The notes: generated by a model from the letters alone, not told the origin. A stretch of DNA of 64,000 nucleotides from an uncultured archaeon (GCA_963734525.1 CAVTHI010000008.1:20714-84713); one strand, 5' to 3'; counted from the stretch's first letter, positions 16,535 through 25,531 are shown. Numbers and translations are program-made.

Positions 16535-18513
16535 AGCAGGGCATATATCAGTACTAATCCCAGCGTCACCATCAGGTAAACCAGGTAATCGCTTAGTTTT
16601 CCGGTCTGGAAAAATCTGGAGTAGGGCGCGAGCGCCTGGTACACGAGGGATATCGGCGTATATATCGTATAGTTGAACAGCTTGGACCCGTAAGCCGCCG
16701 GCTTTGACAGCGGGTCAAGCCAGACGTTGAGGCTCCGGGTTACCGGCATGGCGAATCCCGCCGCAGAATACTGCATGCGCGAAGTCACCGGGATGAAGCC
16801 GCAGGCCCATGTGTCGCCGGATTCCTGGCGCCTGCCCCTGCCGGAGAGCCAGGCCACCCCTCCGAGAAGGACCGAGCCAAGCACGAGCGCGAGCAGGATG
16901 GTGGACGTCTGGAGCCCCTCGGATGCGGCCACCAGCTGGAAGCTGGATGCTGCGGTGAAGCCGAAGGAATCGAAAATGCCGAGCGTTGCCTGCGCGATGA
17001 CCGCCGGGAATGCGCCTGCGGCGATGCATGCCAGCCCGAGAAGCGCCATCCCGGCCAGCATCGACGCGGGGGCCTCCTTCGCCTTCAGGGCATGAGGGCT
17101 CCGCGGAAGGCCGAGAAACGGGATTCCGAACGCCTTTACGAACGCCCCGACCGCGAGCGCGCTGGTGAGGGCGAGGAAAAGGACGGCCAATGAGAGGATG
17201 AGGGAAACCGGCGCCGGGATGCTTACGCCCCCGAGCAGGGCCTCGAATGTGAGAAGCTCGCTCACAAAGCCGTTCAGCGGGGGGATTGCGGCGATGGATG
17301 CGGAACCAAGGAGGAACAGCACGGCGGTGACGGGCATGAGTTTTGCCAGCCCGCCGAGCTCTTCGATGTTCCGCTCGTGCGTCGAATACGCTATGCTCCC
17401 TGCGCCAAGGAAAAGGAGGCTCTTGAACAGGGCGTGGTTGAGCGTGTGGTAGAGGCAAGCGAAAAGGGCGAGGGCGGCCAGCTCAGGAAGCTTCAGGGAC
17501 GCGAAAATCACCGCGGCCCCGAGGCCGATGAAGATTATCCCGATGTTCTCGATGCTGTGCATGGCGAGCAGGCGCTTCATGTCGTGCTCCAGCAGGGAGT
17601 AAAGGACCCCGAGCACGGACGAGAACATTCCGAGGACGAGGATTGCGACGCCCCACCACATCTCGTTCCCGGTGCCCACGATTCCCAGGAATCCGAAGAG
17701 GACGCGCACGAGGCCGTATATGGCGGTCTTGAGCATGACGCCGGACATGAGCGCCGATACGTTGCTCGGAGCCTGCGGGTGCGCGAGGGGGAGCCAGATG
17801 TGGAGCGGTATGATGCCGCATTTAGAGCCGAACCCCACCAGGGCGAGAACGAAGACCGCGTCCAGAAGGAGCGGGGCGTACGAAGCCTGCGGGAAGGAGC
17901 TGAAATCCGCCGACCCGGAGCCGCTCGCAAGTATGAGGAACATCAGTATGAGCGCGACGGCGCCCACGTGGGTGATGACGAGGTAATTGAAGCCGGCGGA
18001 TTTGACGCCCTCCTCCTTGTGCTCGAAGGTGACAAGGAAGAACGAGCTCAGGGCCATGGCTTCCCAGAGGACCAGGAATAGCACGGCATTCTGCGCGGCG
18101 ACGACGAGAATCATGGAGAGCAGGAAGATGTTGTACAGGAATGCGAAGCGGCTCAGGCTGTAGCCCTTTTCCCGGTATTCGTCGGCATAGGAAATCGAGT
18201 ATATGGAAACCGCGGCCCCGACGAATGCGATGATGGATACGAAAAGGCCGGAGAGCGCGTCGATGCTGAATGAAAGCGAGCCGAGCTGCCCGAGCTCGGC
18301 GAGGGTGAAGGCCTGCGTGCCTGCGCCGAGGAAGGATGCTATGCCGGCCGCAAGGGCTGTTATGCTCCCCGCCAGAGCGAGGCCGAACCCCAGGATTGAG
18401 CTTATGCGGGGGTTCCGCGCGGAAAGGAGGGGCAGGAATGCGCCTGCGAGGAAGAAAAGCGACGAGACAATTAGTGCGGGCTGACCTAAAATATTCATAT
18501 CGAGGGGAGTCAT
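16531..18513 (-). CDS. antiporter-like subunit (NuoL/HyfB/HycC family)
   Basis: 660 aa with LWEAMALSSFFLV, GSKCGIIPLHIWLPLAHPQAPSNVSALMSGVMLK and HTLNHALFKSLLFLGAGS. It is the first gene of the operon. Confidence 0.9.
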   Translation of the reverse strand: MTPLDMNILGQPALIVSSLFFLAGAFLPLLSARNPRISSILGFGLALAGSITALAAGIASFLGAGTQAFTLAELGQLGSLSFSIDALSGLFVSIIAFVGAAVSIYSISYADEYREKGYSLSRFAFLYNIFLLSMILVVAAQNAVLFLVLWEAMALSSFFLVTFEHKEEGVKSAGFNYLVITHVGAVALILMFLILASGSGSADFSSFPQASYAPLLLDAVFVLALVGFGSKCGIIPLHIWLPLAHPQAPSNVSALMSGVMLKTAIYGLVRVLFGFLGIVGTGNEMWWGVAILVLGMFSSVLGVLYSLLEHDMKRLLAMHSIENIGIIFIGLGAAVIFASLKLPELAALALFACLYHTLNHALFKSLLFLGAGSIAYSTHERNIEELGGLAKLMPVTAVLFLLGSASIAAIPPLNGFVSELLTFEALLGGVSIPAPVSLILSLAVLFLALTSALAVGAFVKAFGIPFLGLPRSPHALKAKEAPASMLAGMALLGLACIAAGAFPAVIAQATLGIFDSFGFTAASSFQLVAASEGLQTSTILLALVLGSVLLGGVAWLSGRGRRQESGDTWACGFIPVTSRMQYSAAGFAMPVTRSLNVWLDPLSKPAAYGSKLFNYTIYTPISLVYQALAPYSRFFQTGKLSDYLVYLMVTLGLVLIYALL

Positions 18514-18645
18514 TCTTTGACCTTCTGGGAGTTGATGACTGATTATTGTTTATTTCAAGAATACATTTAAAAAGATTAGCAGGGGTCGGTCGCCCGGCGG
18601 CGAATTCCACTCCCGCGTCCCCGCAGTTCTGCGCCAGCGTTTCAG

Positions 18646-18658
18646 TTTATTTTTAAAT
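18646..18658 (+). promoter_or_regulatory. TATA-like box for purE
   Basis: tttatttttaaat is centred 28 nt upstream of the ATG at 18680. A second box (catttaaaaag, 18564-18574) faces the minus-strand hyf-like operon. Confidence 0.45.
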
Positions 18659-18679
18659 CATTCATGATGAGATGATACC

Positions 18680-19117
18680 ATGGAGAAAGTGCTCATTTTG
18701 GCCGGAAGCAAAAGCGACGAGGATGTGGCAAGGCAGGCCATGGACGTCCTTGCGGCGTTCAGCGTCCCGTACCGCTTTGAAATCGCGTCGGCCCACAGGA
18801 ATCCCGAGAAGGTCGACAGGCTGGTCAGGGAAACGACAGCGCAGGTCTTCATCGCCATCGCGGGGATGAGCGCCGCGCTCCCGGGCGTGGTCGCCGCGAG
18901 GACCACTAAACCGGTCATCGGGGTGCCCGTCAACGCGTCGCTCGACGGCCTGGACGCACTCATGTCGGTGGCCCAGATGCCGCCGAACGTGCCTGTCGCG
19001 GCGGTCGGAATCGGGATGGGCAAGAACGCCGCGCTCCTGGCGGTGCAGATGCTCGCCCTCGGCGATGCGGCGCTTGCGGCGAGGCTCGCCGAATTCAAGG
19101 AAAAACTCAAGCAGTGA
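18680..19117 (+). CDS. purE: N5-carboxyaminoimidazole ribonucleotide mutase (PurE)
   Basis: 145 aa with ILAGSKSD, ASAHRNP, IAGMSAALPGVVAARTTKPVIGVPV and LMSVAQMPPNVPVAAVGIG. Confidence 0.9.
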   Translation: MEKVLILAGSKSDEDVARQAMDVLAAFSVPYRFEIASAHRNPEKVDRLVRETTAQVFIAIAGMSAALPGVVAARTTKPVIGVPVNASLDGLDALMSVAQMPPNVPVAAVGIGMGKNAALLAVQMLALGDAALAARLAEFKEKLKQ

Positions 19118-19120
19118 ACA

Positions 19121-20347
19121 GTGAAGCGAATGGCAGACTCCGAACAGACTTACCAGCTGAAGAAGACGCTGAAGAAGCTCGAGGGATACCGCGGCAGCGG
19201 GACCGAGCTGATTTCGGTCTACATACCGGCGGGCTCGCCCATACACGAGATGGGCAACAAGCTCCGCGAGGAGATGAGCCAGGCGAGCAACATCAAGTCG
19301 AAATCCACGAAGCTTAACGTGCTCGGTGCGCTCGAGCGCATTATGAACCACTTCAAGATTTACAAGAAGCCCCCGGCGAACGGCATCGCGGTGTTCGCGG
19401 GGAACGTCTCGGACAACCCGGCGAAGGTGGACATCGAGCTTTTCGCCATCGAGCCCCCGGAAAAGCTCAACATCGGGGCGTACCGGTGCGACAGCAGGTT
19501 CTTCCTCGAGCCGCTCCAGTCCATGCTCGGCTCGACCGATTCCTACGGCATCGTGGTCCTGGACGGGCGCGAGGCGACGGTGGCGATGGTCAAGGGGACC
19601 AACATCACGATAATAAAGAAGCTGAACTCGACGGCGCATGCCAAAATCAGGAAGGGGGGCCAGAGCGCCCGCAGGTACGAGCGCCTCATCGAGGAGGCGA
19701 TAGAGGTATATTACAAGAGGGTCGGCGACTCGATGGACAACGCCTTCCTGAGGAACGAGAAGAGCATCGTCAAGGGCGTCATCGTGGGCGGACCCGGGCC
19801 GACGAAGGAGTTCTTCATGAAGATGAGCCCGTTCAACTACCAGCTGAAGGTCCTGGGCGTCGTCGACACCGGCTACACCGAGGAATACGGCATCCGCGAG
19901 GTGCTTTCCAAAAGCGAGGACATACTGTCCCAGCAGGAGGCCGTGAAGGAGAAAATACTCGTGGACAGGTTCATCAAGTCCGTGGTCAACGAAGGGCTCG
20001 CCACATACGGCGAGAAGGAGGTGCGCGAGGCTATACTGTCGCACCAGGCCGACAAGGTCATGCTGTCCGAAGGCCTCGCGCACACGAGCGTTCTGTACAA
20101 ATGCCCGTCCTGCGGCACCGAGGCGAGGAAGGCCTTCCGGGACAAGCCGGAGGACTCGATGCCGTGCCCGAAATGCAATTCGTCGATGAAGGAGCAGTCC
20201 AGGGAGCTCCTTATCGACGAATTGAACGAGCTTGCTCGGCAGAACGAGATTCCGGTGGAGATTATCTCGACGAACACCGTGGAGGGCAACCAGTTCCTCA
20301 CCGGCTTCGGCGGAATCGGCGCGTTCCTCAGGTACAAGACGAGGTAG
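19121..20347 (+). CDS. prf1: peptide chain release factor aRF1
   Basis: 408 aa with the NIKSKSTK motif, GGQSARRYERL (GGQ) and a C-terminal Zn-ribbon-like CPSCG...CPKC. Confidence 0.95.
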   Translation: MKRMADSEQTYQLKKTLKKLEGYRGSGTELISVYIPAGSPIHEMGNKLREEMSQASNIKSKSTKLNVLGALERIMNHFKIYKKPPANGIAVFAGNVSDNPAKVDIELFAIEPPEKLNIGAYRCDSRFFLEPLQSMLGSTDSYGIVVLDGREATVAMVKGTNITIIKKLNSTAHAKIRKGGQSARRYERLIEEAIEVYYKRVGDSMDNAFLRNEKSIVKGVIVGGPGPTKEFFMKMSPFNYQLKVLGVVDTGYTEEYGIREVLSKSEDILSQQEAVKEKILVDRFIKSVVNEGLATYGEKEVREAILSHQADKVMLSEGLAHTSVLYKCPSCGTEARKAFRDKPEDSMPCPKCNSSMKEQSRELLIDELNELARQNEIPVEIISTNTVEGNQFLTGFGGIGAFLRYKTR

Positions 20348-20438
20348 GACAGGCGGCTTTGAATCCTAATCCTAGGCGGCAGTTCACTCGATGCGGCAGT
20401 TAAGGAGAAAGTTGGAGTAATACCGAAAAAGGGTTTTG

Positions 20439-20458
20439 GACCTGACTGGAATCAGGTC
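20439..20458. terminator. bidirectional hairpin between convergent genes
   Basis: GACCTGA-ctggaa-TCAGGTC is a perfect 7-bp stem. It is preceded by gggtttt and followed by actttta, and overlaps the stop of the minus-strand gene. Confidence 0.45.
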
Positions 20459-21171
20459 ACTTTTATGCCGCAGGTGCCGAGGCTGTATTCCGGCCCGACG
20501 AAGACTACCATGCCGTTGCTGTAGTATTTCGCCCCGCCCGGGCCTTCCCGGACGTAAATCGTGGTGCCGTCTTTCAGCATCGCGAAGCACTCCTTCGGCT
20601 TGCGGAAGCCGTCGGGAGTCACGCACCCGTCGTTCCCGAAGGAAATCGGGGTGACCTCCTTGCCGCCCATGCCGCTGCTCGCCGCGAAATCCACCCCGCA
20701 TTGCAGGATGTTGTTGGCGACCGCGGTGTTCGATGCGCCCCGGACGTCCATGACGATGAACACGTTCGTGGAGTGCGTGAATATGCCCTTGAACGTCTCG
20801 GCGTCGACTTCGGTGCCCGGAACGAACGAGTTCTCATTGAGCGCCAGGAAGTAGTATGCGAGGAACAGCACCGCTGCGACGAGCCCGAAAATCATGATGC
20901 CTTTGACTAGCCCGCCCTGCTCGCGCCTGCCTTCCATGCCAGCCCCGGATTTTAGCGAAATCGGAACGGGTTTGGAGCTTGCGCTCGCGGGCCCGGCGAT
21001 TGGCGCGAACGCCGGCTTTTCGCCGGATACCGCGGCTTCCTGCGCGGGTTTCTGCTCCGCTGCAGGCTTGGGCTTGGCCACCTCTTTTTCCATCGGGGCT
21101 TTTGCGGTCTCGGGCGCTTTCGCCGCGCCCTTTGCAGAAGCCGTTTTAGCGGTTTTTTTTGCCATATGCAT
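20452..21171 (-). CDS. membrane-anchored extracytoplasmic protein with Lys/Ala/Pro-rich N-terminus
   Basis: ORF 20452..21198. The ATG at 21171 overlaps the TGA of the upstream gene by 1 nt. One TM (IMIFGLVAAVLFLAYYFLAL). The C-terminal domain is related to the C-terminus of 21171..23273. Confidence 0.65.
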   Translation of the reverse strand: MHMAKKTAKTASAKGAAKAPETAKAPMEKEVAKPKPAAEQKPAQEAAVSGEKPAFAPIAGPASASSKPVPISLKSGAGMEGRREQGGLVKGIMIFGLVAAVLFLAYYFLALNENSFVPGTEVDAETFKGIFTHSTNVFIVMDVRGASNTAVANNILQCGVDFAASSGMGGKEVTPISFGNDGCVTPDGFRKPKECFAMLKDGTTIYVREGPGGAKYYSNGMVVFVGPEYSLGTCGIKVT

Positions 21172-23273
21172 CAGCTGAAAAGAGCCACGAGCGGGCATGA
21201 CTCATAATAATCGAGGTTTGCGTTTATCTCCGCCCGGTTCTGGTAGATGACCGAGAAGCGGGGGGGCTCGTTCTTCTGGGAATATCCGAGAACGAACGAC
21301 GATGAGGCGTTGCGCGCGGTATCGAGGCAGTCCGCGGAGGTCAGGCTCGCGTTCGCGCCGAGGCTGTCTGTCTTCGTGCAGGTGTTCGGGGTTATCTGGT
21401 ACAGCGTCCAGCTCTTGTTGTTTTCGCCGAACGAGGATGCCAGCAGCCCGGCGCACGTGTTCATGGCCTGCGCGTCGGAGAACGACGCATTGCGGAGGTC
21501 GACCACTATGTCCGTCGAATTCCTCGAATTCAGGTCGGATATGAATTCCGGCAGTGTCGCATCGGTCGAGGTCTTGCCCAGGAACAGGTACATCATCAGG
21601 CTGAAGATGAAAAGCAGGACCACGATGGTTATGAAGGACGCCAGCAGTATGTGGTTCGTCTTGGGTATCGTGAACCGGTTGGTGGAGAACACGTAGAGGT
21701 ACACCAGCATCGCGATGGATGAGAACGACAGGAAGACGAGGAGCGAGAACAGCCCGAGCGTGGTGGGGCTGTCTGGAATCTCGGCCTTCGGGACGATTTC
21801 GGTCTTCTCTGCCATGTTGGCGATTCCGGTGTTGACCCTGCGCGCGAACCCGCGGAAAAGGAGCAGCACCCGCGTCGCAGGCGTGTCGCTTTCGGCCTTC
21901 AGGAGGTCCTGCTCCTGGTTCGAGAGGGACGTATAGTTCGCCCCGAGCTCTTCAAGCTGGGTGAGCGTCAGGCCGTCCCGGAACTGCGCGTCCAGGTCCA
22001 TGGTCTTGTTCTCTATGAGCTCGAGCGATTTGCTCGAGACCGGGTCCAGGTCCTTGCTCTGGAGGATTATCAGGAGCGAATTTTCCAGGTTCTTGGCCTC
22101 GAGGGTCTGGTTGTACGCCCCCATGAGGAATTCCGAACCCTGGGACACCTCGTCCGCCAGGCGGGAATAATCCGCGATGTCCTGGTCGAGGTTCGTGAAA
22201 TTGTGCGATGATATGTCCTCCGGAATCGTGCTGTGGAGCGAGCGGAGCGAGTCCAGCTTGTCAGTAAGCGTGCGGTTCTGCACGTGCGACAATGCGTCGG
22301 TCGCCACGCCTATCGTTTCCGCGCCGGTCTGGTTGATGGGCACGAACAGGTCGTGGTAATATGTCGCCATGTTGACCTGCCGCGTGTACTCGAGGCGCGT
22401 CACGGTCCGGTTGTAGATGGTTGCCGTATTGGACGCGTAAGAGCTGAGCGGCGCGAGCTTGGCTGAGAGCGCGGTGGATTTCGACTGGATGTCATCAGCT
22501 GCGGCCTGGTCCAGGTCGAATGACGGGCAGATGCCCCAGCACACGAGGTTGCAGTCTGCCCTGTCCTTGGTGTCGTTGAGGCGGGGCGTCCTGAAGATGG
22601 ACGCCTCAATCTTGAGGGAAAGGGGCTTCAGTTCGCCGGACGTGTCCTTGATGTAGCCGATGGTTTCCGCGACGTTGCTTTCGTTCATCGCGTCAAGACG
22701 CTTCGTATAATTCTCAAGGAACGAGTCCATCCTGAGGCTTGTGGGCGTGAAGTCCGTAAGCGGGCCGATGATGACCGAAGGGGAGCCGAGGCCGAGCCCC
22801 TGGCCGTAAACCGAGAACAGCAGCATGGCGTTCTTCGTGCAGGATGCGTTGTCCGTGCACCTCACGACCACGCCGGAGACGGTTATCTTGCCGTTTGACA
22901 GGAGCACGTCGTCCCTGCAGATGTATTCCTCCTTGTTCTTGTAATCGTAGCCGTCGTTCCTGCTGTCGTTGAACTTCTTTATCGAAGACCGGAGCGAATC
23001 GAGTTCGGCCTGGCTCGGGTAGAACGTGCGCGTATAGTACGTGTACATCGTCGAATCGAGCACCGGCTTGTCCGATATCGGCTCGCCGTTCTTCAGAAGG
23101 AACGTCTCGAGGCCGTTTATCTTGACGATGGAGTATGCTGAGCCGTCCTGGGTGAAATTCGTGAATGACACGGTGGCATTCGCCTCTTCGGGCAGGAGGT
23201 AATCGGCCAGGTTGAACGCTGAGAACAAGCCGATTAATAACAATAGGCTTACTACGACTTTATGGGAGGTCAT
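21171..23273 (-). CDS. large secreted/membrane protein rich in N-glycosylation sequons
   Basis: 700 aa with a signal peptide (VVSLLLLIGLFSAFNLA), more than 20 N-x-S/T sequons and two TM helices around residues 500-560. A TATA-like aaaagtatataaatt (23294-23308) lies 28 nt upstream of the ATG. Confidence 0.7.
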   Translation of the reverse strand: MTSHKVVVSLLLLIGLFSAFNLADYLLPEEANATVSFTNFTQDGSAYSIVKINGLETFLLKNGEPISDKPVLDSTMYTYYTRTFYPSQAELDSLRSSIKKFNDSRNDGYDYKNKEEYICRDDVLLSNGKITVSGVVVRCTDNASCTKNAMLLFSVYGQGLGLGSPSVIIGPLTDFTPTSLRMDSFLENYTKRLDAMNESNVAETIGYIKDTSGELKPLSLKIEASIFRTPRLNDTKDRADCNLVCWGICPSFDLDQAAADDIQSKSTALSAKLAPLSSYASNTATIYNRTVTRLEYTRQVNMATYYHDLFVPINQTGAETIGVATDALSHVQNRTLTDKLDSLRSLHSTIPEDISSHNFTNLDQDIADYSRLADEVSQGSEFLMGAYNQTLEAKNLENSLLIILQSKDLDPVSSKSLELIENKTMDLDAQFRDGLTLTQLEELGANYTSLSNQEQDLLKAESDTPATRVLLLFRGFARRVNTGIANMAEKTEIVPKAEIPDSPTTLGLFSLLVFLSFSSIAMLVYLYVFSTNRFTIPKTNHILLASFITIVVLLFIFSLMMYLFLGKTSTDATLPEFISDLNSRNSTDIVVDLRNASFSDAQAMNTCAGLLASSFGENNKSWTLYQITPNTCTKTDSLGANASLTSADCLDTARNASSSFVLGYSQKNEPPRFSVIYQNRAEINANLDYYESCPLVALFS

Positions 23274-23363
23274 TGAGGATAATTGGGCGTTGGAATTTAT
23301 ATACTTTTACCCGGCCCCCTCAGGCGTTGGAACCCAGGGTATTGCGCCGATTTGCACCGCCAA

Positions 23364-24350
23364 TCAGCGCTCGCGGGTGATGACATAGGCGGCTATGGAT
23401 TCCAGGGCCGAGCGGTCAACCGATTCCGGAAGGCGCTTCAGCTCGGCCTTGGCCTCTTCCACAAGCCGCAGCGCGCATTCCCGGGCATAATCAATCGAGC
23501 CGCTCCCGCGCATCGCTTCGATTGCCCATGCGATGTCCTCTTTTTTTGCGGAATGCGTAGAGAGTATCGAGACCAGCCTCGCCTTGTCCTTGGCCGGGGC
23601 GTTCTTGAGGAAATGGACCACCATGAGCGTCCGCTTCCCCTCGGATATGTCCCCGCCGATTTCCTTCTTGTATTTCTCGAAATCGCCCACCAGGTTCAGC
23701 ACGTCGTCCTGTATCTGGAAAGCCGCGCCGATTTTTTCGCCGTATGAGCGCAGCGCCCCCCTCGTACGGGACGGGGCCCCGGCGATGGCGGCGCCAGCCT
23801 CGCATGAGAGGCCCATGAGCGCGGACGTCTTCCCGTCAATCATGTGGAGGTATTCCTCCTCGGTCACGTCGAAGCGCCCGGATTTTATCCAGGAGAGCTC
23901 TATCCCCTGGCCCTCCACTACGCGCTTGAAGGCGTCGGCATAGAGGGCCTGCATGGACACCAGCTTTTTCGGGGGCATCTTCAGCAGGACGAGGCGCTTC
24001 CAGAGCAGGGTGTACAGCGCATCGCCCGAGTTCAGGGCGATGGGTATCCCGTGGCTGACATGGAGGGTCGGCTCGCCCCTGCGGAACCTGGAGTCGTCCT
24101 CGATGTCATCGTGGATGAGGGTGAAGTTATGGAACATCTCGATGATTGCGGCCGGGGCGAGCATGTCATCATACTTCCCGCCAGCCGCGGAGCATGAAAG
24201 GAGCGAAAGGGCCGGCCGGATGCGTTTCCCCCCTCTCCTCAGGAAAGGGAGCAGGAGGCCGAACACGCGCTGGTCCTCCTTCTCAAGGTCGGCGGCCATT
24301 ATCCGCTCGACCTCCGAGAGGTGATTGGTGATGTGAGGATAAAGTTCCAT
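23364..24350 (-). CDS. polyprenyl (geranylgeranyl) diphosphate synthase
   Basis: ORF 23364..24491; the ATG at 24350 (MELYPHITNHL) is preferred. It has both Asp-rich motifs, LIHDDIEDDS and FQIQDDVLN. Confidence 0.9.
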   Translation of the reverse strand: MELYPHITNHLSEVERIMAADLEKEDQRVFGLLLPFLRRGGKRIRPALSLLSCSAAGGKYDDMLAPAAIIEMFHNFTLIHDDIEDDSRFRRGEPTLHVSHGIPIALNSGDALYTLLWKRLVLLKMPPKKLVSMQALYADAFKRVVEGQGIELSWIKSGRFDVTEEEYLHMIDGKTSALMGLSCEAGAAIAGAPSRTRGALRSYGEKIGAAFQIQDDVLNLVGDFEKYKKEIGGDISEGKRTLMVVHFLKNAPAKDKARLVSILSTHSAKKEDIAWAIEAMRGSGSIDYARECALRLVEEAKAELKRLPESVDRSALESIAAYVITRER

Positions 24351-24385
24351 GCCACAACCTTGATTTGTCCGTTTTTTAAGAGTTG

Positions 24386-24685
24386 CTACAGCCTTTTCGA
24401 GTAATTGCACTGGCACCGTATCCTGAGGCAGTCGTTCTTCCTGTCGAAGTAAACGGTAGCCGTCTTGCCAGGCACCCAGATTGTGAAGCATTTCCTGCAG
24501 AAGCTGTTGCGGAGCTCCTGCGGAAGCCCGACCTTGTGCTTCCGCATCAGGTCGAATGCCATGCGGACGTACCGCCTCGAGCGGACCGGATTCCCCTTCG
24601 CATGCGCGGAACGGGCCTCCGCCAGCAGCTTCGCTATCGAGGAGCGCACGCTGGATTTAATAAGGCTTTTCCGCGAACTCTGCAT
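24386..24685 (-). CDS. rnp4: RNase P protein component 4 (Rpp21/Rpr2)
   Basis: This is the C-terminal 99 aa of shadow-extended ORF 24386..25210: MQSSRKSLIKSS...RRYVRMAFDLMRKHKVGLPQELRNSFCRKCFTIWVPGKTATVYFDRKNDCLRIRCQCNYSKRL. It has a basic helical N-terminus plus a CxxC...CxC zinc ribbon. Confidence 0.8.
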   Translation of the reverse strand: MQSSRKSLIKSSVRSSIAKLLAEARSAHAKGNPVRSRRYVRMAFDLMRKHKVGLPQELRNSFCRKCFTIWVPGKTATVYFDRKNDCLRIRCQCNYSKRL

Positions 24686-24697
24686 GCAGTTGGTTCG

Positions 24698-25531
24698 ATG
24701 GATAACTTTATATACGATTACTTTGTCAGCCCGATATGGGACCGTTCGGGATACAATATAATCAACACGCTCGCCTATGCCCTGATCGCCATCGCTTCGG
24801 TATATGCCATCAGCCGGGCGCTTAAGGGCAGGGTGGCGATTGACCGGGCGTTCATCTGGGGCGTCATGGCTTTCGTCATGCTCGGCTCGACCGTGCGGGT
24901 CGTAACCGATTCCATCGACAACGGGCGCTTCCTGGACGTGTCGCCGCTGCACGGGCTCGTCCTCCAGAGCCATATATATGATTACGGTTATCTCACGGTG
25001 TCCCCGGGCATATATATAGTGACGGCGGCCCTCATGCTTGGCACCCTCGCCGCCCTGTACCTGGTGAAAAGGACGGGGTGGCTGGCTTATGTCGGCCTGG
25101 CGCTGTGGCTTCCGCACTTCATCCTCCTGCTCCCGTTCATGGGATACGCCGCATACGCGCTGCCGATACTCGCGCTGGCCGCGATACCGGCATACGCGGC
25201 ATACAGGCACTTCAAGGACGCCGCCCTGGCCCTCGTCGTGGCAGGGCAGGCGCTTGACGGGGCGGCGACGTTCTTCGTGATAGACGTCTTCTCCAAGGTG
25301 TCAGGCATACAATACTTCGAGCAGCACGTCGTCGGCGGCTTCATCGGGACGTTCTTCGGGACGTTTTTCGCGTTCTACCTGCTGAAGGTGGGGATTGCCT
25401 TCGCGGCCTCCTATGCCCTGCAGAAGGAGAGGATGGATGAGGAGGACAGGAACTATGTCGCGCTCGTGCTCATGATAATGGGCTTCGCTCCCGGGATACG
25501 GGACATCCTCAGGATGGTGATTGGCGCATGA
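24698..25531 (+). CDS. archaeal polytopic membrane protein (DUF63-like, from memory)
   Basis: ORF 24383..25531; the ATG at 24698 (MDNFIYDYFVSPIWDRSGYNIINTLAYALIA) is preferred. About 7 TM. The family assignment is a recollection, not a search result. Confidence 0.6.
   Translation: MDNFIYDYFVSPIWDRSGYNIINTLAYALIAIASVYAISRALKGRVAIDRAFIWGVMAFVMLGSTVRVVTDSIDNGRFLDVSPLHGLVLQSHIYDYGYLTVSPGIYIVTAALMLGTLAALYLVKRTGWLAYVGLALWLPHFILLLPFMGYAAYALPILALAAIPAYAAYRHFKDAALALVVAGQALDGAATFFVIDVFSKVSGIQYFEQHVVGGFIGTFFGTFFAFYLLKVGIAFAASYALQKERMDEEDRNYVALVLMIMGFAPGIRDILRMVIGA

Noticed and set aside
18530-18680. C/D-box sRNA suggested by TGATGA / CTGA and ATGATGA strings
   Set aside because: The boxes lack the required C ... 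D' ... C' ... D spacing and terminal stem. They overlap promoter and leader sequence of purE and the hyf-like operon, so the resemblance is likely chance.
18662-20083. 473-aa minus-strand ORF opposite purE/aRF1, and similar long antisense or shifted ORFs: 7540..8457, 8494..9408, 11134..12093, 26884..28017, 26942..28126, 33885..35498 (upstream part), 41399..42601, 47652..48785, 55909..57039 and 62933..63967
   Set aside because: These are shadow ORFs typical of GC-rich DNA. They are Arg/Pro/Gly/His-rich and low-complexity, carry no family motifs, and overlap strongly supported genes on the other strand or frame.
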